A DNA stretch of 64,000 nt from Nitrosopumilus sp. (lineage in GTDB: Archaea; Thermoproteota; Nitrososphaeria; Nitrososphaerales; Nitrosopumilaceae), in NCBI GenBank assembly GCA_965205425.1, contig CBDBGZ010000007.1, positions 1-64,000 of the forward strand. The letters are read 5' to 3'. Below are positions 50,292 to 61,261 of this stretch, piece by piece. Within the stretch, counting starts at the first letter, position 1, and each line of letters starts with the position of its first letter. Position numbers and translations under genes: made by a program. Under the pieces are notes generated by a model. That model was not told where the DNA came from and made no database searches. It worked only from the letters and a program-made list of their open reading frames with translations.

Positions 50292-51685
50292 TTCTTCTTT
50301 GTGATTTTAGAGAATGAAGTTACAAATAGTTCTATTCTGCCTTCTAGTCCAGCTTTTGCATTAAGTCCTGTAATGGAAATAATTTCTCCTAATTCACATT
50401 TATCAATAATTCTTGCTTGATTCCTCCAACCTTTTACCCAAATTTGTCCTGTATCATCTTCAACAAACATTTCTGAAAGTGCTATTGATTCTCCAGATTT
50501 TGTTTGAACTTCACGTCTTTCAGGAACTTTCAACACAATTGCTTCAATACAATAACTAGAATCTACTTTGACGTCATTAATTTTTGTTCTAAGTTGAGAT
50601 AATGATGGAATTGATTCATCATTTTCTAATTTTCTTACAAAAGAATTTTCATCTAACGTAATTGAATTTCCATAAATTTTTGATGGCATGCATTCTATTA
50701 CGTCTCCTTCTGCACAAATATTGGTTGAATTTGAAAAATCACTAATATTGAACAAATTCTTTTTATTATCTACTGCTAAAATCATGTTTTTACCATTTTC
50801 TGTTGGTGATATAGAAAGAACTCTAGTGATTATTGGTTCTGCTTCTTTTCCTCCTTCAATTTCAACAATTGTTGCATCATTTCCATGAATTTCTAATCCC
50901 TGATTTCCTGATTTTACTCTAACGCCAAGTAATCGTACTTTGGCTGATTTTGAAATCATGTTAGGAATGGTGGATTCATCTTTACCCCATAATACTACTC
51001 TCATTCCACTTCCATCTTTTCCCTTTAGTCTCATTCTTAGTGCTTTTCCAGGCATTCCCCGAGAATTTGTAAATTCCATCCCGCTAATTACACCATCAAT
51101 AGTTCCTGAAATTACCAGATCTTTTTGTCCTTCTTGAGATTCACTGACATCTTTTGTGATAGTATCTATTGTTGGAATTTCACTTGTTGTATCAGTAGTT
51201 TCTATATTTGATCCAGAACCAATGTTTATTGTTGGAGACCCATCAAGATCTGATTTAACATAAGCTTTAATGATTTTAATTAAATCTCCAGGTTTTAGAT
51301 TTTCAACTCCTGGAAGATTAGCTTTTTCATCCCATAATTTTACACTAGCCGTAGAATTTGTATCATATACAGTCATTGTTCGAAGATAAAATGGAGATCC
51401 ATCTTTTCTAGAAAATTGTTTTGCAGCTGACAAATTTAGCACTCTTGTTTCTAATGAAATTTCTTTTGCTCCTGCATATAGATCCTTTAAACTGATTTCT
51501 AATTTTTGTGGTTCTGATAATGTAATTCCATAATCAGATGCAATTAAAAATAATGCACCTTGATCAGTTAAATATCCAGCACCAATTTTTTCTTTTTTCT
51601 GTTTTATTTGTTCTTCAAGATCTGCTTTAGATAATTCTGATTTTTGTTCTAGAAATTTATTGATAAGATTTTCAAATTCTGACAA
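50288..51685 (-). CDS. rpa: Replication protein A-like multi-OB-fold ssDNA-binding protein
   Basis: Repeated OB folds (FSRKDG, VKLWD, EDDTGQIWVKGW). Confidence 0.88.
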   Translation of the reverse strand: MSEFENLINKFLEQKSELSKADLEEQIKQKKEKIGAGYLTDQGALFLIASDYGITLSEPQKLEISLKDLYAGAKEISLETRVLNLSAAKQFSRKDGSPFYLRTMTVYDTNSTASVKLWDEKANLPGVENLKPGDLIKIIKAYVKSDLDGSPTINIGSGSNIETTDTTSEIPTIDTITKDVSESQEGQKDLVISGTIDGVISGMEFTNSRGMPGKALRMRLKGKDGSGMRVVLWGKDESTIPNMISKSAKVRLLGVRVKSGNQGLEIHGNDATIVEIEGGKEAEPIITRVLSISPTENGKNMILAVDNKKNLFNISDFSNSTNICAEGDVIECMPSKIYGNSITLDENSFVRKLENDESIPSLSQLRTKINDVKVDSSYCIEAIVLKVPERREVQTKSGESIALSEMFVEDDTGQIWVKGWRNQARIIDKCELGEIISITGLNAKAGLEGRIELFVTSFSKITKKN

Positions 51686-51874
51686 TTCATTTTTGATAAA
51701 CTTGTTCTATTAATAAAAATTTCATTCTATTGATGATATTATTTTTTTACAAAATGATCGCTTTATCAGATTTTTGTCATATTTTCAAAAAATGATATTA
51801 TAGTTATACCCAATTCATCCATTTTTTTGTATTTATCTCACTAACTAAATTAATAGGAAGATCGCAGATTTGTT

Positions 51875-52813
51875 ATGTCATGTATTGAAGTGTATCATCT
51901 TTCAAAATTGTATGGTTCGGTTCATGCAGTAGATGATCTAGTATTATCCATAAAATCAGGTCAAGTTTTTGGATTTTTGGGACCTAATGGTGCAGGTAAA
52001 TCCACCACCATCAAACTTCTTACTACTCTAATTCCACCATCAAGTGGTTCATTATCTATTCTGGGTGTTGATGCAGTTTCAAACCCACTTCAAATTCGTC
52101 ATAAAATTGGTGTGGTCTTACAGCAACCTAGCTATGAGCCTACATTATCTGTTGAAAAATCTCTTGAGAAATATGGAATGATGTGGAATGTACCAAAAAC
52201 TGAATGTAAAAAAAGAATGGAGCAACTATTGAAAGACTTTGGTCTAGTTGAAATTCGTAAACAAAGAAATGAAGATCTGTCTATTGGCCAAAGAAGACGA
52301 GTTCAGGTAGCACGAGAATTTATGCATGATATGGAATTATTGTTTTTAGATGAACCTACTGTAGGATTAGATCCTAGTGCTAGAAGAAAATTACTAGATT
52401 ATTTAAAAAATAAAGTTAAAACGGGGTTAACAATTTTTTATACTACACATATTCTATCTGAGGCAGAGTATCTTTGTGATCAGATTGCTATTATTGATAA
52501 AGGTAAAATTGTAACAGTTGATTCCCCTGATGCTTTAAAAAATAGATTTGGAAAAGAAAAAACTATTAAAATTCATTTATTAGAAAAGCAATCTGATGTT
52601 CCTTCACTTTTATCTGGAATATCAGATTGTAAAATTGATTTTAAAACTGGAACTAATATTATAATTCATTCAGAACAATCTAAATTGGTTTTGTTACAAG
52701 TTTTGAAAATACTTAATGATAATAAAATTGAGATAGAAGATTTATCTGCAGTACCGACAAATCTTGAAGAAATATTCTTAAACATGGTAAGAGAAAATGC
52801 ATCCAATAATTAG
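51875..52813 (+). CDS. ABC exporter ATP-binding protein (DrrA-like)
   Basis: GPNGAGKST, LSIGQ, FLDEPT. Confidence 0.95.
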   Translation: MSCIEVYHLSKLYGSVHAVDDLVLSIKSGQVFGFLGPNGAGKSTTIKLLTTLIPPSSGSLSILGVDAVSNPLQIRHKIGVVLQQPSYEPTLSVEKSLEKYGMMWNVPKTECKKRMEQLLKDFGLVEIRKQRNEDLSIGQRRRVQVAREFMHDMELLFLDEPTVGLDPSARRKLLDYLKNKVKTGLTIFYTTHILSEAEYLCDQIAIIDKGKIVTVDSPDALKNRFGKEKTIKIHLLEKQSDVPSLLSGISDCKIDFKTGTNIIIHSEQSKLVLLQVLKILNDNKIEIEDLSAVPTNLEEIFLNMVRENASNN

Positions 52814-53558
52814 ATTAGTAAATAGAAATCTTACGATTTCTCTTAATCCTGGCTTTTTAATTTGGCAAATAATCTTTCCTTTGATCTATATTTTTGTTGC
52901 AGGATTTGCTTATGCACCATTAATCAATGCAGTTCCATTTGGAAATAAAGAACTTGATTATCCTGCATTTTTAGCTTCAGGTATGATTGGATTTAATATC
53001 ATGAACAGTACGCTAATTTCTGGAATTATAATTTGGAATGATAGAAAACACGGAATGTTTGAACAAATTATGTCTGGGCCATTCACTAGAAGTCATTATA
53101 TTCTTAGTAATATTTGCACAATAGGAATTATTGGTTTAGTTAGTGCAACGTTAATAGCAGTAGTAGGATACCCTGTATTTTTTGAATCTGTAGAATTTTC
53201 TCTAGTAACAATACCTATAATCATTTTTGGAGCTATCACTGGCTCTGTGCTTTTTGGTTCGCTAGCCTCAATTATCTCCACTAGATTACGCTCAAGTGAA
53301 GGATTTAATGTAATTATTAACACCGTTTTTCTTTTCTTCGCTTTTGTTAGTACTGCATTTTATCCAGCTGGTGGTGCGCCTGAACCATTAAGAACCGCAT
53401 TTTATCTAAATCCATTAACATATCTTGTTGATGTAATTAGGGCTGGAATTTTTGGAACTATTACTGAATTTGTGATACTAGAAATGATAATCCTTGTTGC
53501 TATGGCATCTGTATTATTTGTAATTGCATCTAGACTTTTAACTAAATTAGATTTTTAG
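52797..53558 (+). CDS. ABC-2 type permease
   Basis: Six TM helices; STAFYP, NPLTY.VD.IR. Confidence 0.93.
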   Translation: MHPIIRLVNRNLTISLNPGFLIWQIIFPLIYIFVAGFAYAPLINAVPFGNKELDYPAFLASGMIGFNIMNSTLISGIIIWNDRKHGMFEQIMSGPFTRSHYILSNICTIGIIGLVSATLIAVVGYPVFFESVEFSLVTIPIIIFGAITGSVLFGSLASIISTRLRSSEGFNVIINTVFLFFAFVSTAFYPAGGAPEPLRTAFYLNPLTYLVDVIRAGIFGTITEFVILEMIILVAMASVLFVIASRLLTKLDF

Positions 53559-53567
53559 AATTTGAAA

Positions 53568-54305
53568 TTATTTTTTAAATTTTTCATACATTTCATTGAT
53601 TTTTTTAATCATGTTTAGATTTTCGTAGTCTATCAAATTTAAATTGGGAATTACACAATGTCCTCCAATAATTCCTGGATACATTTTAGGCCTATTACCC
53701 AAATTCTCATGAATTTCATCTGCAAATTTCCACATCTCATCAAAATCAATATCTTCTTTCTCACAAATCATTTTTGTTATTTGTGCATAATTGATCAACC
53801 ATCCATAATAGGTGGTATCTACCAATATTTTTGCTAATTCTGCAGTTTTTGTTGTTGACATCCAATCTATTTTTTCAAATCTATTTTCCAAATCAATTTT
53901 TATTTTTGGTTCTATGTTTTTTTCATCTGAAGAAATAAATTTTGTATATTTTTTAATGTCATCTAAAAATCTTTTATGTACTCCACGAACTGGTGAATAC
54001 AAAACTGAAACTTTAGATTTTTCTTGAATAATTTTTGTAGTTCCAGGTTTTACCGTTGAATGTACTAACACAACTTTCAATCCTTCAATTTTATTGATCC
54101 AATCTACTGTAATGTCTACAAATTCTGATAATTCCCCTGGCAAACAAACATGGAGATATTCTGGATTTTCAATCTTTGCATTTTCTGAATAATTTTTGCA
54201 TTTAGAAGAATCTACATCAATTCCTATACTATCAAAATTCTTTTCTTCAAGTAGATGAAATAATGTTTCTCCTACTTCCCCCATACCTAAAATAATATCA
54301 GTCAT
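53568..54305 (-). CDS. Short UDP-glucose/GDP-mannose dehydrogenase-family protein
   Basis: LGMGEVG, HSTVKPGTT, AELAK, IGGHC; lacks the C-terminal domain. Confidence 0.85.
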   Translation of the reverse strand: MTDIILGMGEVGETLFHLLEEKNFDSIGIDVDSSKCKNYSENAKIENPEYLHVCLPGELSEFVDITVDWINKIEGLKVVLVHSTVKPGTTKIIQEKSKVSVLYSPVRGVHKRFLDDIKKYTKFISSDEKNIEPKIKIDLENRFEKIDWMSTTKTAELAKILVDTTYYGWLINYAQITKMICEKEDIDFDEMWKFADEIHENLGNRPKMYPGIIGGHCVIPNLNLIDYENLNMIKKINEMYEKFKK

Positions 54306-54372
54306 TATGCCTAATTTCAGAAAAACTATCTGTGATATATTCGTGTTACAAAATCATGTTTTATTAAAAAAG

Positions 54373-54445
54373 TAGCCCGGCCCAGACTCGAACTGGGGTC
54401 AAAGGCTTCAAAGGCCTCTATGCTTGACCGCTACACTACCGGGCT
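54373..54445 (-). tRNA. tRNA-Gln(TTG)
   Basis: AGCCCGG/CCGGGCT acceptor; GAGGC-CT-TTG-AA-GCCTT. Confidence 0.95.
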
Positions 54446-54514
54446 GCTAAATCGAGCACTCTCATTCCCTTAATGAACTTTTTATTTGAATTTGGCTCAT
54501 AAAACAAAAATCTT

Positions 54515-55543
54515 CTACTCTTTAATTATTTTAATTAATTTTTGAATAGGGTCTTCCATCTGCTTTCTAATCGTTTCTGCTCTTTTATGACTCTGATTAT
54601 TGTTTGCTTCAAATTTTTTCTTTATGTATCTTGAAATTTTATTTGGATTTGTTTCTCTTTTTACTAGATATTTTTTCACTAAGAAATTTTCAATTATATT
54701 TGGAACCGCATTATAAGAAATTGTTGGAATCCCCATTAATGCAGATTCTGCAGTCATTGTTCCGCCAGATCCAATAAAAATATCTGTATTGTTTAACAAA
54801 TGTTTTCCATCATATGACATTTTAACAATTTTTATACTCTTTCCAATTATTTTTTGTAAATTTTCAATTTGTTTTGTATATCTTCCTAAAACTACAATAT
54901 TTTCATTTTTAAAATCCTTTCCTACTTTTTTGATTATAGGGATTATTTTACTAGATTTTGATGTATATGATGCCTCTTCTTCTTCTATCCTGATCAGAAT
55001 ATTCTTTTTACTGTTACTTTTAAATGGTAATTTTGCGTCCTGATTTACTTTTCTCTGTATAGTAACAACAGCATCAATTGCTTTGTATTGAATAATGTTT
55101 TTCTCATCAATTCCATACTTTGAAAATTCCTTCTTTGATATTGCAAATGGAATTAACAATTTTTGAATTAATGGTAATGTCAATCGCATAACTGCATTTG
55201 CATGTGGTGAATCACAAAATGCTACATGTTTTATTCTTAACCCAAAAGATATTCTTGCTGCCTCTGGAGAACAAAAACTAATAACAATATCAGGTGAAAA
55301 TGCTTTAATTTTCTTAGACAGTTTTTCCATTCTGTCAATACTGGCTTTGAGTTTACTTTTTTTATCTCCTCCTCCATGCTTCCCTACAAAAACAAGGTCA
55401 AAACCACGTATTTTGGCTAATTTTGAAACTTCTTCATAATCTCGTGAAGTACACAAAAGATCGTGTTTTTTACCTAATTTTGCAATTATTGGTTCAGAAA
55501 ACAATAATTGTTTTGGTGTTAGAATATCTATCCAGATTTTCAA
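54515..55543 (-). CDS. DUF354 family (GT-B-like) protein
   Basis: MKIWIDILTPKQ, VGKHGG, GSGGTMTAESALMGIPTI. Confidence 0.88.
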   Translation of the reverse strand: MKIWIDILTPKQLLFSEPIIAKLGKKHDLLCTSRDYEEVSKLAKIRGFDLVFVGKHGGGDKKSKLKASIDRMEKLSKKIKAFSPDIVISFCSPEAARISFGLRIKHVAFCDSPHANAVMRLTLPLIQKLLIPFAISKKEFSKYGIDEKNIIQYKAIDAVVTIQRKVNQDAKLPFKSNSKKNILIRIEEEEASYTSKSSKIIPIIKKVGKDFKNENIVVLGRYTKQIENLQKIIGKSIKIVKMSYDGKHLLNNTDIFIGSGGTMTAESALMGIPTISYNAVPNIIENFLVKKYLVKRETNPNKISRYIKKKFEANNNQSHKRAETIRKQMEDPIQKLIKIIKE

Positions 55544-55606
55544 GTAATTTCCTAATTATGGTAACTTCAATAAGTTTTTCTTAGTCTAATACTAGCTGTA
55601 AATGTA

Positions 55607-56758
55607 ATGGAGGGAGCAAAAGTAGTTGTTTATGGACTTAGTACAGAAGGATATGCTATTGCATCTCAGATGGCAATCAAAGGTGCAGATGTATACATTA
55701 TAGATGAATCAACACCATCAGCAATTTCTCTCAAAGCTGAAATTGCTAAAACATATCCAAATGTTTCTTCTCTAAAAGAAGATGAACCCTTGTTAGCAAT
55801 GGAACCAATAGATGTAGCAATTTCTAAAGCACAATATCTTTTCTTTACTCCAAGAATTAGAAAAACTGGACAAGACATCAAAACTGAAATTCACTCAAAG
55901 TTCAAGGATGCAGTTTCTTCAATGAAAAAGAACAGCTCTGTGATTTTTACTCTTCCTACTGGGTTTGGAGGAAATAATGAAAATATTTCATTACTTGAAC
56001 ATGTTACTGGTCTTCAAACTGGAAAACATATTTCATATTTTTATTATCCATTAGAAGATCTTAATGAACAACCAAAAATCATAGGATCGTTTAATGGAAA
56101 AAAAGATTCAACATTATCTGATCTTCTTACAGTAGGTAAAAAAGAGAAAAAATTTGTTGCTATTTCATCATCTGAGCATTTTCATGCTATTGATGTTCTA
56201 TCTAGATTCTCTAGTTTATGTAGTGTTTTAGAAGTGTGTAAATACGCTCAAGATGAGGTTACAAAAAATGATCTTTCATCTGATGATTTCCAAGAAATAT
56301 TTTTAGACGATATGGTTAGTGGATTATTTGATTTAAAATCCTTAGGCTCTTCATTTGAAGGAGCAAATACACTGATGTATCTAATTAATGGAAGTGTTAA
56401 AGGAATTGATGGATACATCAAACGATTAATTGATGAAATTCGTTCAACATTAAAGAAAAATGATCTTAAAGCAAGTAGAACAAAGATTGCATTATCTTGG
56501 ACACTTGATCAACATGCAATGCGTGGAGATAAAATTGAAATGTTACAAAATTTGACATCAAGACTACGTGATTACATTGGTGATGTAGAAGCTTATGAAG
56601 ATCCTAACTTTGATCTATTTCATAGTGATAAAACTACCATAGTAGTTGCATGCTCACAATCTGATTTTGAAAATATAGAAAAAACTAAACAAGATTCTGA
56701 TCTAATTATTGTCAAAGCTAATCCTTTATGTGAAACAATCAATAATAGTATAAATTAG
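55607..56758 (+). CDS. Degenerate nucleotide-sugar dehydrogenase-like protein
   Basis: Rossmann-like start KVVVYGLSTEG, FTLPTGFG, YYPLE; no GGxC catalytic motif seen. Confidence 0.6.
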   Translation: MEGAKVVVYGLSTEGYAIASQMAIKGADVYIIDESTPSAISLKAEIAKTYPNVSSLKEDEPLLAMEPIDVAISKAQYLFFTPRIRKTGQDIKTEIHSKFKDAVSSMKKNSSVIFTLPTGFGGNNENISLLEHVTGLQTGKHISYFYYPLEDLNEQPKIIGSFNGKKDSTLSDLLTVGKKEKKFVAISSSEHFHAIDVLSRFSSLCSVLEVCKYAQDEVTKNDLSSDDFQEIFLDDMVSGLFDLKSLGSSFEGANTLMYLINGSVKGIDGYIKRLIDEIRSTLKKNDLKASRTKIALSWTLDQHAMRGDKIEMLQNLTSRLRDYIGDVEAYEDPNFDLFHSDKTTIVVACSQSDFENIEKTKQDSDLIIVKANPLCETINNSIN

Positions 56759-56780
56759 CTAAATTATTATTTTTGTTGGA

Positions 56781-57329
56781 TTGTCGAGCGAATCTAATTC
56801 TGATGAAATTCCAGTTGATGTAATCTCTGAACAAGAAACTAAAAGTAATTCTCCTAAAATAGAATCTGATGTTGAAGACATATCTAAATTATTAGATTTA
56901 GAAAAACAAAAATCATCTGAATATGAAGAAAAATTAAAACTTGTATTAGCAGATTTCCAAAATCTTAGTAGGAAGACTCAAACTGATATTGAAAATGGAG
57001 TAAATACAAAAATCAATGAATTCATATTAGATTTTTTAAAAATTTATGACGATTTTGTTAGAGCAAAAGAAGTTCTTTCTGATAGCGAAATTAATTCAGA
57101 AGGCTTGGATTCTATTTTAAAAAACATGGACTCTTTATTGAAAAAATATCATATTGAACCTATAGATGCATTAGGGGAAATTTTTAATCCAAACTTCCAT
57201 GAGGCTATATCAATAATTAATGAACCTGATTTGGATGATGATACAATTACAAAAGAGATCAGGAAGGGATATATTTCTCATGAGAGAGTTATAAGACCGA
57301 CACTAGTAGAAATTTCAAAAAAAGGATGA
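56781..57329 (+). CDS. grpE: Nucleotide exchange factor GrpE
   Basis: ADFQN, FNPNFHEA, KGY...RVIRP. Confidence 0.95.
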   Translation: MSSESNSDEIPVDVISEQETKSNSPKIESDVEDISKLLDLEKQKSSEYEEKLKLVLADFQNLSRKTQTDIENGVNTKINEFILDFLKIYDDFVRAKEVLSDSEINSEGLDSILKNMDSLLKKYHIEPIDALGEIFNPNFHEAISIINEPDLDDDTITKEIRKGYISHERVIRPTLVEISKKG

Positions 57330-57338
57330 TGATAAAAT

Positions 57339-59246
57339 ATGGCTAAAATTATTGGGATTGATTTAGGAACAAGTAACTCTGCTGCAGCAGTTGTAATGGG
57401 TGGAAAACCTACAATTATTCCAGCAGCTGAAGGTGCCACTGTTGGTGGTAAAGCATTTCCGTCAGTCGTAGCTTTTTCTAAAGAAGGTGATCTTTTGGTT
57501 GGTGAGCCTGCGCGAAGACAAGCAGTAACTAATCCAGATAATACTATTGTTGCAGCTAAACGAAAAATGGGTTCAGATCATACCTTTAAAATTTTAGATA
57601 AAGAATACAAACCTCAACAAATTTCAGCATTCATTCTTCAAAAAATCAAAAAAGATGCTGAAGCATTTGTTGGAGAACAAGTTCAAAAAGCAGTAATCAC
57701 TGTTCCGGCATATTTTGATGATAATCAACGTCAAGCAACTAAAGATGCTGGAACAATTGCAGGATTAGATGTTGTAAGAATAATTAATGAACCTACTGCA
57801 GCATCTTTGGCATTTGGATTAGATAAAGCAAAAGAAGACATGAAAATTCTTGTCTTTGATTTTGGTGGTGGTACATTAGATGTAACAATTATGGAAATGG
57901 GTGGAGGTGTTTTTGAAGTTCTAAGTACCTCAGGTGATACTCAGCTTGGTGGTACAGATATGGATAAAGTATTAATTGATTACGTTGTTGACGAATTCAA
58001 GAAAAAAGAAGGTGTTGATCTTTCTCAAGATTCAACTGCAATGACTAGAATTAGAGAAGCTGCCGAAAAAGCAAAAATTGAATTATCTACTGTCATGGAA
58101 ACTGATGTTAATTTACCATTTATCTCTCATGATCCTTCATCTGGTGCAAAAAATTTAGAATTAAGAATTACAAGAGCAAAACTAGATGAATTAATTGGAC
58201 CTATTGTAGAACGATGTAAGCCTTCAGTACTCAAAGCATTAGAAGATGCAAAACTTTCAAATTCTGATATCAATAAAATTGTCATGGTTGGTGGACCAAC
58301 AAGAATTCCATTAGTCAAAAAATTTGTTAGTGATCTAGTTGGTCAAGAATCTGAATCCGGCGTAGATCCTATGGAGGCTGTAGCAATGGGAGCAGCCATT
58401 CAGGCTGGAATTATTGCTGGAGATGTAAGCAGTGATATTGTCTTACTAGATGTTACTCCTCTTACATTAGGAATTGAAACTTTAGGTGGTGTTAGAGAAC
58501 CATTAATTGAAAGAAATACCACAATCCCAACCTCAAAGGGTAAAGTTTTCACAACTGCAGCTGATAATCAAACCGCAGTTACTATTCATGTTGTACAAGG
58601 TGAAAGACCTATGGCAACTGATAATGTGTCACTAGGAAGTTTTAACCTTACAGATTTACCACCTGCTCCAAGAGGTATTCCTCAAATCGAAGTAAAATTT
58701 GACATTGATGCAAATGGAATTATCAATGTCACAGCAAAGGATCTTGGAACACAAAAAGAAGCAAAAATTACTATCGAATCTAACTCTAAACTATCTCCAG
58801 AAGAAATTGAAAAATTGAAAGAAGATGCAGAAAAATTCTCTGATGAAGATAAAATGAAGAAAGAAAAAATTGATTTAAAGAATGAAGCAGAAAGTTACAT
58901 TTACACTACAGAAAAATTAGTTAATCATGATCTTAAAGATAAAATTTCTCAAGAACAAGGTATCAAAATTACTGATGCTGTAAAAGAAGTCAAAGAAGTT
59001 TTGGATAAAGAAGCTGAAGAATTAAAACCTAAACTTGAAGCATTACAAACATTAGTAAATGAAGTTACAACCGAACTTTACAAAAATGCTTCACCCCCAC
59101 CTGGTGCAGAAGGACAACAAGGTGCAGAAGGACAACAAGGTGCAGAAGGACAACAAGGTGCAGAAGGACAACAAGGTGCAGAAGGACAACAAGGTGCAGA
59201 AGAAACTTCTGAATCATCCCAAACTGATGAAACAAAAACTAACTGA
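57339..59246 (+). CDS. dnaK: Chaperone DnaK
   Basis: [30 protein letters not shown]. Confidence 0.99.
   Translation: MAKIIGIDLGTSNSAAAVVMGGKPTIIPAAEGATVGGKAFPSVVAFSKEGDLLVGEPARRQAVTNPDNTIVAAKRKMGSDHTFKILDKEYKPQQISAFILQKIKKDAEAFVGEQVQKAVITVPAYFDDNQRQATKDAGTIAGLDVVRIINEPTAASLAFGLDKAKEDMKILVFDFGGGTLDVTIMEMGGGVFEVLSTSGDTQLGGTDMDKVLIDYVVDEFKKKEGVDLSQDSTAMTRIREAAEKAKIELSTVMETDVNLPFISHDPSSGAKNLELRITRAKLDELIGPIVERCKPSVLKALEDAKLSNSDINKIVMVGGPTRIPLVKKFVSDLVGQESESGVDPMEAVAMGAAIQAGIIAGDVSSDIVLLDVTPLTLGIETLGGVREPLIERNTTIPTSKGKVFTTAADNQTAVTIHVVQGERPMATDNVSLGSFNLTDLPPAPRGIPQIEVKFDIDANGIINVTAKDLGTQKEAKITIESNSKLSPEEIEKLKEDAEKFSDEDKMKKEKIDLKNEAESYIYTTEKLVNHDLKDKISQEQGIKITDAVKEVKEVLDKEAEELKPKLEALQTLVNEVTTELYKNASPPPGAEGQQGAEGQQGAEGQQGAEGQQGAEGQQGAEETSESSQTDETKTN
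59103..59202 (+). repeat. Perfect 18-bp tandem repeat, 5 copies plus 10 bp (GAEGQQ)
   Basis: GGTGCAGAAGGACAACAA repeated in the dnaK tail. Confidence 0.97.
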
Positions 59247-59294
59247 GATTACAATTCAATCATTTATACTGTAATTATGATAAAGGAATGATTC

Positions 59295-60356
59295 ATGGCT
59301 GCAAAACGTGACTATTATGAGGTTTTAGGTGTCTCAAAAACATCTTCACCAGATGAAGTTAAACAACAGTATAGAAAATTAGCATTAAAATTTCACCCTG
59401 ATCGAAATCAATCTGCAGAAGCAGGAGAACATTTTAAAGAAATTTCTGAAGCATATGCAGTTATTTCAGATCCTGAGAAAAAACAAATCTACGATCAGCA
59501 TGGTCATGCTGGTGTAGATGGAAGATATTCTAGTGAAGATATTTTTCAAGGTGCACAGGGTGGTGGTTTTGATTCTATTTTTGAATCCATCTTTGGTCGC
59601 GGAGGTGGGGGATTTGGTTTTAATCAACAACAGCAACAAGGTTCTGATCTTCTATATGAAACTCATGTAACATTAGAAGATGTCCTTCACGGTAAAAAAG
59701 TGGAAATTAATTTACAAAAACAAATTCAATGTGATATTTGTCATGGTTCTGGTGCTAAACCTGGTACTAACAAAAAAACCTGTGGAACATGTAATGGTCA
59801 AGGGCAAGTTAGACAAACTCGAAATATGGGATTTGCATCATTTGTTACTGCTGCACCATGTTCTGCATGTAGAGGACAAGGTTCCATAATTGAAACCCCT
59901 TGTAATGAATGTAAAGGACAAGGAAAGAAAAAAGGATCGAAAACAGTAACATTTGATATTCCTCCTGGAATTGATTCAGGTGACTATACAGTTCCTAATG
60001 AAGGAAATGAGATTCCTGATGGTGTAAATGGTGATTTAATAGTTAGAGTAAGAGTTCAACCTCATTCAAAATTCAATAGAGATGGAAAAGATATTTTCTA
60101 TGATCATGATGTGTCTATGATTGATGCTGCATTAGGATGTGAAATCATTGTTCCAACTTTAGAGGGAACAGAAAAAATTAAAGTTGATTCTGGTAGTCAA
60201 CCAAATACAATTATCAAACTAAAAGGAAAGGGCGTTACGCACATTAACTATAGGGGAAAAGGAGACCAATTTGTCAGAATTGTGGTTAACGTACCAAAAA
60301 AACTCAACAAACACCAAAAAAATCTTTTAGATGAATTTAGAAAAACAAGTGACTAA
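59295..60356 (+). CDS. dnaJ: Chaperone DnaJ
   Basis: HPD motif and four CxxCxGxG repeats. Confidence 0.98.
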   Translation: MAAKRDYYEVLGVSKTSSPDEVKQQYRKLALKFHPDRNQSAEAGEHFKEISEAYAVISDPEKKQIYDQHGHAGVDGRYSSEDIFQGAQGGGFDSIFESIFGRGGGGFGFNQQQQQGSDLLYETHVTLEDVLHGKKVEINLQKQIQCDICHGSGAKPGTNKKTCGTCNGQGQVRQTRNMGFASFVTAAPCSACRGQGSIIETPCNECKGQGKKKGSKTVTFDIPPGIDSGDYTVPNEGNEIPDGVNGDLIVRVRVQPHSKFNRDGKDIFYDHDVSMIDAALGCEIIVPTLEGTEKIKVDSGSQPNTIIKLKGKGVTHINYRGKGDQFVRIVVNVPKKLNKHQKNLLDEFRKTSD

Positions 60357-60357
60357 A

Positions 60358-60897
60358 ATGAAAATTGCATTGGATGTTGATGGTGTGCTTGCAGATGTAA
60401 TAATATCGTGGCTAAATTTCAGTAATTTAGTTAGACCAAAAATTGCCAAACACCAAATTACAAATTGGGAATTTTGGAAAGAATTTCAAATAGACCCTTT
60501 TGATTTTTATGCTGAGCTTAGCACATGTTGGAAAAATTGGGTGTCAATACCTACAACAGAACCAAATCTTTCATCAATAACAAAATCTCTTTCTAGTATT
60601 GGTCAAGTTGATATTGTAACTGCTAGGGAACGTTCTACCGATTCTTTTGTCAAATCTTGGTTAGATCACCATAACATATCTTATGATAATTATGTCTCAG
60701 TAATTGACGGTCCAATGAAAGCTGATCTAGATTATGATATATTTATTGATGATTCTCCTCTTAATGCAGAAAAATTCCTCAAAAATAATAAAAAAGTAAT
60801 ATTGTATTCACAACCTTGGAATCAACATATTTCTGAAAATCAAATTCATCGAGTTTCTAATCTCTTTGAAGCAGTTAACAAAATAAAAATTATTTAA
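60358..60897 (+). CDS. HAD-family 5'(3')-nucleotidase-like protein
   Basis: IALDVDGVLAD, VTAR, FIDDSP, QPWN. Confidence 0.88.
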   Translation: MKIALDVDGVLADVIISWLNFSNLVRPKIAKHQITNWEFWKEFQIDPFDFYAELSTCWKNWVSIPTTEPNLSSITKSLSSIGQVDIVTARERSTDSFVKSWLDHHNISYDNYVSVIDGPMKADLDYDIFIDDSPLNAEKFLKNNKKVILYSQPWNQHISENQIHRVSNLFEAVNKIKII

Positions 60898-61058
60898 TCT
60901 TTTTCAAATTTCCTAATGTTAACTTGATGACCATTTCTAGTATGTGAAGAATGAGTTGTGTTTATCAATTCGCCAATTTTTTCCTCACTGTAAAATTTAG
61001 TATTGTATCGTCCTAGTACTTGTTTGCAGTTTGAACAATATACTTCTCTAAATTCCAT
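60894..61058 (-). CDS. 54-aa Cys/His zinc-binding microprotein (absent from ORF track)
   Basis: MEFREVYCSNCKQVLGRY...THSSHTRNGHQVNIRKFEKD*. Confidence 0.7.
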   Translation of the reverse strand: MEFREVYCSNCKQVLGRYNTKFYSEEKIGELINTTHSSHTRNGHQVNIRKFEKD

Positions 61059-61136
61059 TTTATCACTTGATTAATTTTCTATAGTTGTTTTCAAGTATAA
61101 TAAAGAAACTTATTCCAGATTTCAATTTTTTCCAAT

Positions 61137-61221
61137 GCGGGAGTCACCCAGCCTGGTCAACGGTGTAAGGTTCAGATCCTTATCTTCTAGGAGTTCGTGG
61201 GTTCAAATCCCACCTCCCGCA
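61137..61221 (+). tRNA. tRNA-Leu(CAG)
   Basis: GCGGGAG/CTCCCGC acceptor; TAAGG-TT-CAG-AT-CCTTA; long variable arm. Confidence 0.95.
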
Positions 61222-61261
61222 CTACAATCCATGTTGTTGTATCCCAAAATCAGTTCGTCCC

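Noticed and set aside
51686..51874. Long AT-rich intergenic region as an ncRNA or replication origin
   Set aside because: No convincing stem, ORB-like repeat or adjacent cdc6; adequately explained by divergent promoters.
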